From: Callorhinchus milii
Taxonomy: Eukaryota
DNA: 64,000 nt
Direction: 5' to 3'
Assembly: GCF_018977255.1 (NCBI RefSeq)
Contig: NW_024704743.1
Location: 114,516,001-114,580,000, forward strand
Shown piece by piece: positions 38,935 to 52,673 of the stretch (position 1 is the first letter of the stretch; each line of letters opens with the position of its first letter). A program made the position numbers and the translations under genes. The notes beneath the pieces are model-generated. The model was not told where the DNA came from. It made no database searches and was given only the letters and a program-made list of their open reading frames with translations.

Positions 38935-39170
38935 CGTCAGAAGATTGTGAGTTCGAATCCACATTGGGACTTTGAGCAGTCTGGGCTGACACTCCAGTGC
39001 AGTGTGCTGGGGGAGTGCTGAATTGTTGGAGGAGCCATCCTTTGGATGAGATATTTTAACAAGATTCTGTCTGCCAGTTCAGGTGGATAGTAAAGATGCA
39101 CTTCACATAATTCCTATGAAGCTCTTCGAGACAGTCTCCCAATGTAAAACGTGCTTTATCAAATGCCAGA
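38935..39170 (+). mobile_element. DeuSINE, internally deleted
   Basis: GTTCGAATCC...GGCTGACACTCCAGTGCAGTG...GGATGAGA...CAGGTGGAT. Confidence 0.7.
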
Positions 39171-39325
39171 TTCGTAGCATCTGTTTCTTCACCTTGAAAC
39201 TTCAAACCTTCCAGTTCCAACTACAACTGTAGTGTATGGATGTTCAGTAGAATGCCCAGACGCAGCACACCGATCTACAGCCTCCCTGTTTCACCTGTGG
39301 CTTGCATAGCTTCCTGGCACAAAAC

Positions 39326-39406
39326 GTTCTGATGAAAAGTAATAGACCTGGAACATTAACTGATTTTCCTCTTCCATGGATGCTGCCTGACCTCCTGCGT
39401 GTTCCC
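39326..39406 (+). mobile_element. Penelope-like 3' repeat fragment with decayed hammerhead motif
   Basis: GTTCTGATGAAAAGTAATAGACCTGGAACATTAACTG...GATGCTGCCTGACCT, homologous to 10734-10812. Confidence 0.7.
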
Positions 39407-39429
39407 TTGCCCCTTTCCTCCTTCAAGGA

Positions 39430-40118
39430 AAGAGGAGTCCAAAACCTTCCTCATCGGTCTTCCCAACTCTTCCCTTCACATGCTGCAGATCATCCAAAAC
39501 TCTGCAGCTCGTGCACCAGGCTCCGTGACCCCATCACTCCCAGCCTCGCCCAACTCCACTGGCTCCCGATCCTCCAGAGGATCGAGTTCAAGATCCTTGT
39601 CCTCACCTTTAAGGCCATCCATGGCCCTGCCCCTCCTACCTCTCTGACCTGCTGACCACCTACCAACCTGCCCACTCCCTCCATTCAGCGAGCTCCGGCC
39701 TACTCCATGTCTCCTGCCCGACCCACCCTACCATCGGTGGCCGGGCTTTCAGCCTCTCTGGCCCCACACTCTGGAACTCCATCCCATGGTTCCTTCGCCT
39801 CGCTTCCTCCCTTGCCTCTTTCAAGGCCGGTCTCAAGACCCACCCTTCAACCGTGCCTTTGGTCTCCCTCACCCCTATACCACCCCTCCCCCATGCTTGG
39901 GCCCTGACACCTGACTGTTCAGCTCTTTGGGACGTCATCCTGACATGAAAGGCTCTCTGTAATTGTAATTTTGTTGTTGTTCCTCTTTGACTATGCCTTC
40001 AGTCATCTTCCCACCCCTCCTGAACCTAACCACAGCTAGAATGCAAACAGTCAAATATCCAGGACCTTGGGACATCATCCTGATGCGAAAAGCGCTTTAT
40101 AAATGCAATTTGTTGTTT
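39430..40118 (+). mobile_element. L2 3' fragment plus a second L2 tail
   Basis: LHMLQIIQNSAA, LRDPITPSLAQLHWLPILQRIEFKILVLTFKA; tails end TTGTTGTT near 39981 and 40117. Confidence 0.88.
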
Positions 40119-41519
40119 CTCTCTCCAGAGACACAAACCCTGTATGGCTCATCCTGGAGAGTTTAGATGCAGGTTAGCAGGAGACAAAGTAAAGGATCCC
40201 AGAGTATTGTGTATCTATCCCTGGAATTTAACAAACCGAAGCTACAGAGATTACGATAGTGAATACGGAGCGCTTATCATTGCTTGTCCAGCTAAAAGCA
40301 CCCTACCCATTTGAGCTTTGGCTTTCACACTTAACAAGCACCAAGTGGGAAGAATCTCAGTCTCCATAACTGAACTGCTGCTCCAGATCTTGCTAATAAG
40401 CCAGGCAGTCTCGTCCGTCATCTCTAGGCTCCCAGAGTACCTCAGACCTGCCTGGCTCAGCAATTCGATCACAGAGAATCAACTCGGTTCTGATTTTCAT
40501 TTGCAAGGCATTCAACCTTTCCAGCCAACTCAGCCCAAAGAGATTTTCCATACCTCCTCTTCAAGTCGTTACACATCTATCAGGTACAGGTTTGAACTCT
40601 GATAAGTTTCAAACCTCCCCAAGATCTTATTATATGTGAAGGGCACTGAAAAAATGCAAGTTGTTGTTGTTCAGAGCAGTTACTAAGAACCACTTGCACA
40701 CCGCACAGCAAGCAGCACAACTCAACATTAAATTTAACATTTAAGCATTTAACAATTAAGCGCTCCAAGACTCTATCCCGCGTGAAGGGCACTATATAAA
40801 CGCAAGTTATTTTTGTTGAACGCGAGAGAGCTTTGCCACCATCTGCTTAGCACAATGTGTTTTCTCTACCCAATATTCCCAACAGCTGGACATGTGGAGT
40901 TTCAGCATTAGCTGCTTACCATGTTATCCTGTGTGAAGGCCACTATATAAACTACAGTACCTTTCTGCATTTCACTCAAAGTAGGTAACAAACCCCAGGT
41001 ATTAGTGACTTTCATGTTGTGAGGACATCGCAAAGTGCTTCACAGGATTTACTGTAAAGTATTTATATCACATCGTTAACTGCACCTATGGAAATGTACT
41101 TCAAACCACTGTTAAGAGAAACCAAAATTTATGCCAGAATTAAGAAAAATCAAATAAGATTCAATCGTGGATGAAATATTTTATAGAAATTAGAGTTCCT
41201 GGAGAGATGGAAGCTCTCACATTCATGTGAAACTTACAATTAAATACAGATAATGAGTTTCAATCTGTCTACTTCGATCTTGAATCTCTGACTTATTTTA
41301 TCTGCAAAAATAATATTTGCCTTTGGAAAGGATGTCAAGCTGGTAGCAAAGCAAATCTTCATCAGGGGAATTTTTTTTAAAAAAACTACTTACAGATGTT
41401 GAATCTGAAATAGAATAATCACTTTTGCTTCAGAGAAGTTCAACTTCAGGTGTCTCAATAGAATTGTCACAATCTGTCTTGAATACAGCATCTTCCCTTT
41501 ATGGCCAGACATTTTTTAT

Positions 41520-41905
41520 ATAATAATCATTGCATTTGATATAGGGGCTTTCACATCAGGTGGATGCCCCAAAGCATTTCACAGGATTTACCGTAAAATG
41601 TAGCGATTATATTTGGTAGGCAAATACAATAACCAATTTGTGCACAGAATCTCACAAACAGCCATAGTTGGCTACAACACTAGAAGGAACTCTCTTCTCT
41701 CTTTGAATAGTGCAATGAGATCTTTAGCACCTGAACATGCAGAGGGGGTCTCACTTTAACATCTCATATGAAGGATAGCTACTCTAACAATCCAGCACTC
41801 TCCAGCACTGCATTGGAGTGTCAGCCTCGTCTCAACGTGGGGTTTGAAATCTACAACCTTCTGAGTCGGAGGCGAGAGCATCACCAACTAAGCCAGGCTG
41901 ACAAG
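41520..41905 (-). mobile_element. Full-length DeuSINE
   Basis: Reverse complement of head (GTCAGCCTGGCTTAGTTGG...), Deu body and tail. Confidence 0.8.
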
Positions 41906-43874
41906 CTCCAACTTCAATTAGAATGGAAAACAAAATCAACTTGAATAGTTGTTCTTTGTTGTGCGATCCACTGTCACCTCTTCCCCTTTAAATTCAGCCA
42001 CATTTAGTTGATTTAAATCACTTTACAATTCAGATGAAGCATGTATGATACTATTTGCAATGTACAATATTTCTATGCCACAGAATCATATCTATAAATT
42101 TAATTAAGCAATAGCCTACTTAGATTATTAAGTTAAGAATACAAGTAAAGAGTACAAATATCAGTTATTAATTAATTAGAAATTCTGTATTAAATTGACT
42201 GATTTTGCTTTCAGGCTCATTTATTTTGTAATTGCTTTAAAGCCCTCTGGTATCTATCAGTCTTGCCTTCACGGTCACTGTTGACTCAGTGATTGTTCTT
42301 ATTACAGTTTCCCATCCATTTGCTTTAATTAAAGTACTTTGGTGAGTTTTAATACAATACAGCCATTTACAAATTTAGAGAGATATCAGGCAATCCTTTG
42401 TGAGTTAACGGGATGGGGACATTTTAAGATAAATTCTTACAATAATCCATAAAACAAAAATTGTATCACAATCTCCCAGGGAACAACAAATTTTCAAGAA
42501 AAAAAATTCTCAAGCGTGTTCAAAACTTTAAATGTTTAATTGTGTAGATTAATCTAATGTATGAGAAAGTAAAGAATAAGAAAAGGATTTGGGGCCTTCT
42601 GAAAAGAGTACAGTATGTGGAATTCCCATCAAAATGGACGCTCCCAAAATTAGTTTCCTGGAAGGTGAAATATCACAGGTGAGACAGCCAAGAAAATAAA
42701 ATGTGAAAAAATCTCCTCGATCCCCAAAAAGCAACTAGACAGAAACTGCAACCTCGAATCCCCATCCTTCAATATTCAAGCAGATCCCGACAAGACCGGA
42801 AGCATATGTTGCATTTGTATTCCAGGGAAGCACAGAGCTGGTTCAAATGCAGTACAACTGTATTACTGCAACTCCACTGTCCCCTGAGGTTTGTAGTGCT
42901 TTGGAGTCCACTCCAACTTTCACTGCAGATCAGAATCCATAGCACCGGCAGCAACATAACAAGTGGGTGCACACTGGATATTTTAAGTCGCAAGTCAAGA
43001 CATCATTTTCTGACTGCATAGCATCTCTGACTGCATATCATTCGGTGAGCATTGGGGGTGGGGGGGGGGGGTAGAGAAAGGAAAGAGAACGACAGGAGGC
43101 TTGTACAAGATAGAAGGGCAAACGTAGTACAGTATTGTAGGCTTCACAGGCAGTCAGTCCACCAGCTGCCCAAAGGACCGTTCACCATAAAGTGTCCGGC
43201 ACTGCAGGCACAATGGAATAACAACCATCCTGGTTACTTAATGTCTCAAAGACATAGTGTGGACGAGGATTTTGAATAAGAATGAGAAAATCTAAATAAA
43301 ATTGGTCATTCACTTTGTGGTTGTTTGAGATATGATTGTGGGTTAATGTTCTTATTTGCAGTGAGGGTTGCTTTGGCAAACTCGTTTGAATGGTTGCTGG
43401 TTTTCCTCACAAGGTATGATAAAAGCCGAAATGCATTGCAATTTGCCTTATGCTAAAGATGAATCATAAATGCTTCATTAAACATGAACGGTTTCAATCT
43501 GTAGTGAAAACATTTAGTAAACTTATTCAGAAACAGTTTTGTATTCCACAAATACAAGTGTGTTGCAATCAGTAATTTCCACTTTTAAAATTTTTTGGGA
43601 GGCAGCAATTGCTTTCATGTTAGGAAGACATCTACTGTGTAGTGCAGCAACTGTATTTGTAGACAAAGATCATTTGAAATGATTTTACATTAATTAATTA
43701 AATCCACTCAAACTCCTGTGTATATTCCTCAAGGAGCAACTTAAATAAAGGATAATGGTAATGTGCACAAGCTGATTTTATCAGCTTATTTCTAAGGAGA
43801 CATACAAACAAACACAGTATTTGAATTCTAAAGTTTTGCCACATGCAAGTCAAATGCACAACAGATATTGACCT

Positions 43875-44177
43875 GTTCTCTCCCTCCGCTCAGCAGGCTT
43901 TGGTCTGCTCCAAATTTCCATTTGGCCAGCCCAACCATCGGTGGTCGGGGCTACACACTTTGGAACGCCATCTCACAGTCCCCTTTGCCTTGCTCCCTCC
44001 CTTGCCTCCTTAAAGGCACGTCTCAAGACTCTCCTCCTCGACTGCACCTTTGGTCACCCTCCTATACATACTCTCCATGCCCTCCACCCCTCCTGATCAG
44101 GTTCAAATCCCTGACTGTCTAGCGCCTTAGGATGTCCTCCCTATGTAAAAGGCACTATACAAATGTATTTTGTTGAA
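43875..44177 (+). mobile_element. L2 3' fragment
   Basis: CCCAACCATCGGTGGTCGGG...TGGAACGCCATC...CTCAAGAC...GGATGTCCTCCCTATGTAAAAGGCACTATACAAATG. Confidence 0.8.
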
Positions 44178-44659
44178 CAGCCTTCATTAAATAATCAAAT
44201 AGATGGTTATTAAAGCATTGTTTTCCTTTATTGCTATGCCTGCTCGCCATCAGCTAATCATGACACCTATTGGGGTCCAATTTGTAATACTGCTTATTGT
44301 ACAATTTCTATCCAATTCCAAAATGCAAACTAGACCAGCTTCAACACAACACAGCCTTGATTTTAAATACCTTCACTTTTCTCCACAAAACTTGGAGTCC
44401 CGTATTTGTCTATAAATGAAAGTCAGGCTCTATTTCCAAGGTAACTGCCAGGCTTGCACAATGTGAATAATTCATAGCACAGCGACATACCTCTGAAACA
44501 ATGTAGTCCTGAGTCCTGTTATTTTTGAATGAAAAATAAACTGCATCTAAGCAAGTCTGGTCTGACAGATTCTTTCAAGCATTGCTATGAAAGAAGTTTT
44601 CCTTCAGTGAAACTGTCCCCTGCGAACAACTGCATGCAATAAATGTATTATAAATTAAT

Positions 44660-44990
44660 TTCAGCTCATAGTCTAGGCTGACACTCCAATGTAGTGCTGG
44701 GGGAGCGCTGCAGTGTCAAAGATGTCATCCTTCAGAAAAGCCTTTACGCCAAGGTCCTTTCGAACCGTACATGTGAGACGTCTGAAAATAGAAGCTTTCC
44801 CTCAATGCCGTAGCCAACAATCCCCCGGATAAAATTAGTTTTTCACTTCACAGCTGCTCGGTCGTGACATTGCAGTGTGCAAACTGGCTACCTCGTCCGC
44901 CTGCAAACACAGTCACTACACTAAAATCCCCTAAAGTGCTTAGACATTTTGACAACATAAGGAGCTACTGTGTATCAAATACAAAGAGTG
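44660..44990 (+). mobile_element. Degenerate DeuSINE
   Basis: GTCTAGGCTGACACTCCAATGTAGTGCTGGGGAGCGCTGCAG...GCCAACAATCCCC. Confidence 0.7.
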
Positions 44991-46039
44991 TTATTGATTT
45001 AATTATTAAATGACCAGTTATTTCATCAGCACACGTAAAAGGGAAATAAGAATGACATTAATGAAAGGTTATCGTTATTACGACAAATGATAATAATAAT
45101 TTGCATTTATACAGCACCATTCACAGAGTGCAAAAGTCTCAGACTGAGTGAGATCACCTCAGGCGGATGTCCATGTAGATCAAGAAAATCCACTGTATTT
45201 ATTTTTGGTCAACTGTGTGATGCAGAATCCACTTACCATGCACAAGGATATCCAAACTAGACAGAGTTCTACATATGTATATGCCACCTACACAAAGCAA
45301 TTTTCTTGCGTTTGGAATAGAATGCGCACACTTTCTAGGGAGGAACACACACTGCTGAACCTACTCTATGAGCACAGGTCATGAATGTATTACCAGCCAC
45401 TATCTTGCAGGAGATGAAGGTGAACTAACGAGCTTCTGGTCCATTTGTTATACTCCATGTTGACCAGGTCCAGGAAAAAGTTGAACACAAAGCACTTCCA
45501 TGAATTAAATCATATTAAGGCACAGTTAGTGCAGAAAACAATATAGCCGCTACACATAAGGACATTTTTACAGCTGTGATATTTCAATTCCCAGAAGGCT
45601 TAAATACTGTCACTGTTAATCTAGCACAGTATGGTTATGCATTCCTCTATTTCCATTGCTTTTGAAATGTTCCTTAAAAAACATTATTCCATATTTTTCT
45701 GGAATATACTGAAAACATGGCACAGTATGATTCGACTTCCTTAAAAAATAAATCTTCTTGCCGTCAGTGATTTAACACAATGTCCTTTCACCTCAGGGAC
45801 TGTTCCATTGCAGCCCAGACTAATGGGATGAAAGTCTCATATTTCTGCAGACAATAGGTCTCTCCATGCAAAAAGAGTTGAGATAGCTTCAACCCAGTTT
45901 TGAGTAACTGTGGACCCAGAACACACAAACTGGCCCCTCTTTGACACAAATTGACAATGTTACATTGAGAAGGTATAAGAATGGCTAATGTATGAAATAG
46001 GGAGAAAAAAATCTAATTTATTAGGATTCTAAAATTATA

Positions 46040-46415
46040 ATAAACATCACCCTCACGTTAGATTGTGCCTTTCACTTCGAGAGGACATCTCAAAGGGTTT
46101 CAAAGAATTTTGAGATGTCTCAATGTGATAAGATACTATATGAAATGCAAGGTTTTTTTTAATATAAATTTACTGTAAAGTGCAGTGACTATTTTGTAGG
46201 CAAACACACCAGCCAGTTTGCGCACAACAATGCCCCACAAACAGCCATTAAGTGAGTCACCAATTTTCTCTGGGGACTGTTGGCCAGGGCACCAGGAAAA
46301 ACTCTCTTCCTTTTTCGAATAATTGCCATGGGATCGTTAACATCCACCTGAACAGGCAGATGGGACTGCAGTTTAACATCTCATCTGGCACCTCCTATAA
46401 TGCAGCGCTCCCCCA
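46040..46415 (-). mobile_element. DeuSINE 3' and central part
   Basis: TGCCATGGGATCGTTAACATCCACCTGAACAGGCAGATGGG...TTTAACATCTCATC. Confidence 0.75.
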
Positions 46416-47345
46416 ACCGGAAGATCGAAAGCATGGTCGAAGAAGAAGGACTTGAGATGAGTCTTGAAGGTGGCAAGGGAGGGGACGAGGCGGAGGAAGG
46501 GGGCAGAGTGGCAGAAGGCCCACCCGCCAACAGTGGGATGAGCGAGGCAGGGGACGTGAAGTAGGATAGAGCACGCTGAGCGGAGGAAGCAAGCAGAATG
46601 GTAGGGGTTAGGAGGTCGCAGAGGTCGGGGGGAACAAGACCATGGAGGGCTTTGAAGGTGAGGACCAGGATCTTGAACTGTATCCTCTGTGTGATGGGAA
46701 GCCAGTGAAGTTGGGCGAGGATGGGGGTGATAGGGTCGCGGAGACTGGTGCGGGAGAGGACACGGTCATGCAGAGTTTTGGATGATCTGCAGCCTGTGGA
46801 GGGAGGAGTTAAGGAGGCCAACAAGCAGTGAGTTTGCATAGTCGAGCCTCATTGTAATGAAGGTGTGTATGAGGGTTTCGGCGGCCTGCAGTGTGAGACA
46901 GTGTCGGAGCCGGGCGACGTTGCGGACGTGAGGGAAGGCAGAGTGGGTCATGGTCCAGATGTGGGATAGAAAGAACAGTTGAGGGTCAAACAAGATGCCA
47001 AGGTTTCAGACTGGCTTAGCAAGGTGGAGTGTGCAACCATGGATGGTGATGCTGTCAGCGCCTGAGATGAGGAGGCGCTGACGGGAACCAATCAGGAAGA
47101 CCTCGGTCTTGTTGACAATCAGCTGAAGAAAGTTAGCTCTCATCCAGGACTTGATGTCTGACAGACATTCAGTCAGGACAGCAGTGACCCTGGAGTTGAG
47201 GGTGGAGGCAGAGAGGTAGAGTTGGGTGTCATCCGCATACATGTGGAAGTTGACCCCATGTCTGTGGATGATGTCATCAAGAGGGACCATGTAGATATTG
47301 AAGAGGAGAGGACCAAGGACAGAGCCCTGAGTAACACCCCTCGAG
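46416..47345 (-). mobile_element. L2 RT C-terminal fragment
   Basis: [64 protein letters not shown]. Confidence 0.92.
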
Positions 47346-48403
47346 ACATTGCGCTACTCATTAGTTGTCAAACAATGCAGCTTGTTAGGGAGCCTACAAA
47401 CTGAAATAAGCAGGATAATATTACACCTTGCAGGAGCTCTTGCAGCCCAAAAGCCATGAGATCCCTGAAATGTTATTTATAACCTGGGATAATAGGATAC
47501 AAGTAGCAGAGTACCTCAAACAGGGTTCTGCTGAGTCAGACTAAATCAGTGCCCAGAAAATATTAGCACAAGAGTCGTGTGGTCCTTTTTTATATGCTAA
47601 CATTAATCATGCCACTAGCATTTGCGATGTTAAAAAAAATCTCAATAGACTGTGGGTTCTGTAAATATACCAGGCAATGTGCGTGTATATATATCACTAG
47701 AATGTGTCCCACTCGAGTGCGGGCTTGCTTATTGTAAGCAGGTCAATGGGTCAGCTAAACTGTATCAGCAGGATAATACATCCAGCTTCCAGTGCTGACT
47801 AGCGAACTCCTCACAACGTAAAAATTGCCACCTTCTGGTTCGTCAGGCGGCCTCCAAAGTCATTTCCTGCACATTGTTTGAGGCAGGTGGGCTATGCACA
47901 GTAAGCATCGCTGTGTTACTTCCTGTGCAGCACAAACATGAAGCACCTGTGACATCGCTTCACGAAGAAAAGTGCATCTGGTTCTGTTGACGAAGCGCGC
48001 AGACATTGTGTGCAGGACACGACATCCGCGGTACTTCCTGTGCACTATCTGCAATGATCTGACGATCCAGAAGCAGGAATAGAGGACTTCCCCCTTCCAA
48101 CCCCATGGACTAGTTAGAAGCACAATGTCTAGATTTTTTTAGATTCATAATACACTACAAAATTACATTTGTTTAGCGCCTTTCACATTGGGAGGACGTC
48201 CCAAGGCACTGTTGACAACACATTATAAATAGACTGCGCTCTGCTGTTAATCTTTTTATATAAAAAAACTGTTTCATCAATTTCCAATTCAGATATTGTA
48301 CTGTATTTTATAACTAAACATGACAGAAAAGAGAGACAATCTGATACAGAAACAATAAGTCAGAAGGCACTTTTTCCAGCATTTATGTAGCCATTTTCTC
48401 AAC

Positions 48404-48753
48404 GGAGTCCTGTAGCTCAGTGGTTAGAGCACTCGCCTCGCAAATGAGAGAATTGGGTTCAATTCCCGGCAGGGCCAAATGTTGGGCAAGTTTCCTTACT
48501 CCGCACGCCTCTGTTTACCTAGCAGTAAGTAGGAACCTGGTTGTTAGTCGATTGGCTAATCATTTTTCTGGGGATAATAATCCCTCAAAAATAATAACTT
48601 GGTCACTCAACCCACGATTGTTTGTGGGACACCGCTGTGTGCAATTGACTGCTGTGTTTCGCTCACAAATACAGTCAATTCACTTTACAGTATTCTCTGA
48701 AGCGATTGAGACGTCTAGAAGACGTGAAAAGTGGTACATCAAAAACCAGGATT
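48404..48753 (+). mobile_element. Full-length tRNA-head SINE (long form)
   Basis: GGAGTCCTGTAGCTCAGTGGTTAGAGCAC...GGTTCAATTCCC, body and TAGAA-loop tail. Confidence 0.9.
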
Positions 48754-48756
48754 AAG

Positions 48757-48926
48757 TGCCTTGACCCCTGCTTGACGGCTTTCTGTCACACCTGAAGACC
48801 TTCCTCACTGATCCTGCCTACAGTCAAGTCCCCTTTCCCCCCAGCTAGGGGGCTCACTCCACTATTATTAAGTGCTCCAAGACACTACCCTGCAAAGGGT
48901 GTTATATAAATGCAAGTTGTTGTTGT
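48757..48926 (+). mobile_element. L2 3' end of a different tail type
   Basis: CTGAAGACCTTCCTC...AAGTGCTCCAAGACACTACCC...TATATAAATGCAAGTTGTTGTTG; the same tail type occurs near 13478 and 40758. Confidence 0.65.
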
Positions 48927-49396
48927 AAACCCAAACAGCCCTTTTTAAAATTGGAAGCGTATTAGGGTAGAAATTCCACCTGAATCCAGATTTAATCTAT
49001 TTGCTGTAATTAACATCTCAGAGCAGCCAGAGTTTGGCAATTGTTTTTTTTAAAAAAACACCTTAAATTTCAAAGTCTAGTTAAAAAAAAAATTTGTGGA
49101 CTGCTGAATAACAGCTGCAAAGGTAAAAATAAATTCAACAATTTAGCAAAGTCTGGAACGCTCTTATTTATGAAAGCATTTCAGAGTAATTCCAGATACA
49201 CATGGAATTTCTCCAGTACATACATAAGAAGACACCTCGTGGCTGTATTACTCTCTCCATATTTCAGTCTGTAATGTTTCACTTAAGTCCTTCCAGCACA
49301 TTTTGGACTGCTATTCCTTTACTAAGGTTAGGAATGTCCGTATGCCAAGCAGCTCTCTCTACAATCACTTGCAAAGCAGAGTCCACATAACACTGT

Positions 49397-49709
49397 GGAG
49401 TCCTATAGCTCAGTGGTTAGAGCATTCGCCTCGCAAGTGAGGGACCCAGGTTTGATTCCCAGCAAGGTGAAACCTTGGGCAGCTTTCCTTACTCCACACG
49501 CCTGATAATAATCCCTCAAGAAGAAAAACGGAAATAATTTGGTCACTTCCATCTACAACTGTTTGTGGGACACTGCTGTGTGCAATTGGCTGCCATGTTT
49601 CGCCACAAATATAGTCAATTCATTTTACAGTATATTCTGTGAAACGCTTTGAGACGTCTAGAAGAAATGAAAAGTGCTATATCAAATGCAAGGGTTATTA
49701 TTTATTATA
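49397..49709 (+). mobile_element. Full-length tRNA-head SINE (short form)
   Basis: Head, then ACTCCACACGCCTG joined directly to ATAATAATCCCTC (internal segment missing). Confidence 0.9.
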
Positions 49710-50164
49710 ACATGTACAGGTTTGGCCCTCTGTGTACAGTCGACACTCTATAATATGCAATGCTTCCTGTGCATAGCACACCTGCCTGAATTGTCCACTG
49801 GCAGTTTTCTATCAGCACTTCCTGGATAACTGAGCCGGACGAGATGTTCCACCGAACAAACTAAACAATGCTGCCAAATAGCATCAGACCTTTTTGCAAT
49901 ATTGATAAGGCAGCTGCTATAATTACAATCTGGTGAGCTGGTTGTTAATTACTGTGGGAGACACGCTGGGCAAGTACAGACGTGCCACACAAAGATCAAA
50001 TAAGTTTTCAGTGGATTCAAGTAAGAGGCTGGAAGAGGGAAACTTAGCTTCACTTTAAATCTTTCCATCCTTCATTTGGGAACAGAGGTAAACAAGAGGG
50101 GTAAAAGTGAGATACTGTGGGGTTTTTTTGTTTAAAAAAGTGCCAATACTTTTATTCATCCTGA

Positions 50165-50975
50165 CCCTGTGTCATTTCCAACCCCCCTTTCCTAGGTCCT
50201 TGAAAGAGTTGTTGCTTCCAAGCTTCATTCCTTCCTCTCCTCCCACTCCCTTTATGAACTTCTCCAATTAGGTTTCCATGCTGCACACAGCATGGAAACA
50301 GCCCTGGTCAAGGTGATAAATGACATTCTGTTCATCTGTGACAAGGGCTCCCTCTGTCTCCTCGTCCTCTCTGCTGCCTTTGACACTGTGGACCACTATC
50401 CTCCTCAACCGCCTCATCTCAACCTTCAAGGTTCTGTCCTTGAATGGTTCAGATCCCATCTCTCACAACAACTCCACTTCGTCTCCACAGCTGGCTTCTC
50501 CTCCAGCCCCCACATTGTCTTGTGTGGTGTTCCTCAGGGCTCTGTCCTCTGTGCTTCAACTGTACAAGCTCCCTCTTGGTGACATCATCCACATGTCAAC
50601 TTCCACATGTACACGCATGACACCCAACTCTATCTCTCTGGCTCTACCCTAAATTTCAGGAGAACTGATATCCTGACAGACTGCCAGTCAGACATCAAGT
50701 CCTGGATGAGAGTCAACTTTCTATATTTAATGTCAGCAAGAATGAGGTTCTCCTGATTATTTTGTGCTCGTGCCTCAGCACCTCAGGGCAGCATCAGCAT
50801 CCACGGATGCACACTCCACCTCACCGGTCAAGAACCTAGTCTTGTTCGGCCCTCAACTGTCCTTTCTCCCTCACAGCTGCGCCTTCCCCCATGTCTGCAA
50901 CATTGCCCGACTCCACCAATGCCTCACCCCTCGGGCTGCTGAAACCCTCATACATGCCTTCATTACAACCAAGCT
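50165..50975 (+). mobile_element. L2 RT fragment
   Basis: ETALVKVINDILFICDKGSLCLLVL, SAAFDTVDH, CGVPQGSVL, AAETLIHAFITT. Confidence 0.9.
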
Positions 50976-51322
50976 GCAAGAACTCTACTCTAAGCAATCT
51001 TCTGTTGGGTCAGTGTTATAATAATACTTACATTTGATTTACCTTTTCACGTTGGAGGATGTCTCAACGCCCTTCACAGGCTCTATTGCAAAAAAGAATG
51101 ACTGTGTATTTTGTGGGCGAACAAAGCAGCCAATTTGTGTACACCAATGCCCACGAACAGCCATGAATTGAGTGGTGAGTTTTATTTCGAGGAATGTGGA
51201 CTAGGATACTGGGAGAAACTCCCTTCTCTTTTTGAGTTTCTAAACGCTTGAAATCAAGCTTCTCTGCCTCCTTGCAGTGTCACTGTTTGTGGTCATACCT
51301 GCACAACACAATTGTCATAGGA

Positions 51323-51335
51323 CCAGCAGAGGGCA
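51323..51335 (+). promoter_or_regulatory. Candidate CTCF core motif
   Basis: CCAGCAGAGGGCA fits CCASYAGRKGGCR in apparently unique DNA; motif match only. Confidence 0.3.
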
Positions 51336-51728
51336 AAGACTTCTGGTCCCACTGACACTAAGCACTGTAGTGAGACAGAATCAATTTCAAGCAGATACCA
51401 GTAAACACTGGATACTTGCATTCAGTACAGCAACACAAGAGAAGTAAGGGTCACACTAATTTGCATTTAAATACAATTTTGACATATTTTACGTAAGGTC
51501 ACTATAATTCAATATCCGATTTTTTTGGTTCTACTATCTCATTTGCGTCTCGTGGCTGTTTTGGAAAATTCAATGACAGAATTTGAAATTCTTTACACAA
51601 TAATTTGGAAAGCAGTATACATATGTTAAAGGGTGATGTCCTCTGTTCCCAGTTCTGTAAATTATAACATGATCTCATTTCACAGAATCATAATGGCGAG
51701 GAAGCAATTTATTTATAGCAGATAGGTG

Positions 51729-52070
51729 GAGTCCCATAGCATAGTGGTTAGCAAGCGAGAGGACCCAGGTTCGATTACTAGGCAGCATGAAACCTTACAC
51801 AAGTTTCCTTACTCCACACACCTCTGTTTACCTAGCAGGAATTAGTAACCCGGTTGTTAGTCAATTGGCGGATCGCTTTCTGAGGGAAATCATCCCTCAA
51901 AAAAAAAATCCATGTCTGTTTGTGGGACACTGCTGTACGCAATTGGCTGCCACATTTCGGCTACAAAATACACAGTCAATCCACTTTACAATATATTCTG
52001 TGTGGGGCTTTGAAACATCTAGAAGACGTGAAAAGCACTATATCAAATGCAAGGATTATTATTTATTATA
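51729..52070 (+). mobile_element. tRNA-head SINE (long form)
   Basis: GGAGTCCCATAGCATAGTGGTTAG...GGTTCGATT, body and tail. Confidence 0.85.
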
Positions 52071-52673
52071 ACATGTACAGGTTTGACGACGTGACATGCT
52101 GCATCAAAGATTATTATTATTTTATAGATATCTAATGATCTACCGTGTTTTACTGGACATGCTCTGACGCAAGTTAAAATAGAGCTTTGATTAATTATTT
52201 TGGTCGATAATATCTTTATGGGGTTGCAACAGAACTGCCAGGTACAGGGTAACTCAAGGGAGCCACAGTGGAAGTGAATGCATGCTTTTCAATAGTGTGA
52301 TATAGATGCTGAAATGAACATCTGCAAAATCACCAACCTTTGCCCGTACTTATTCTTGTGAAGCCCGCACGTGAGACTGCGAATTAGAAGAAATGAATTA
52401 ACAATGAACTTCAGCAGTATTCAAGAATGCGTATAATCCACAAACAGCATAGTTCAATGTTGCAGATGCATGAGTCAGTAAATTGCATGTGATTAGCTTT
52501 CCAATCACTGACATGCAGTTCAATAGGTGAGAATTCCGTTGGACAAATTCTAAGCATTTACTCGTTTCGCTCCTTGCAGTGTACATTGACAATTAGCGTT
52601 CTGGCACAACAATCACAATTAAAATTCCTCAAGGACCAGTGATCGATGACTACGTCAGACAGACTAGAGTCGT

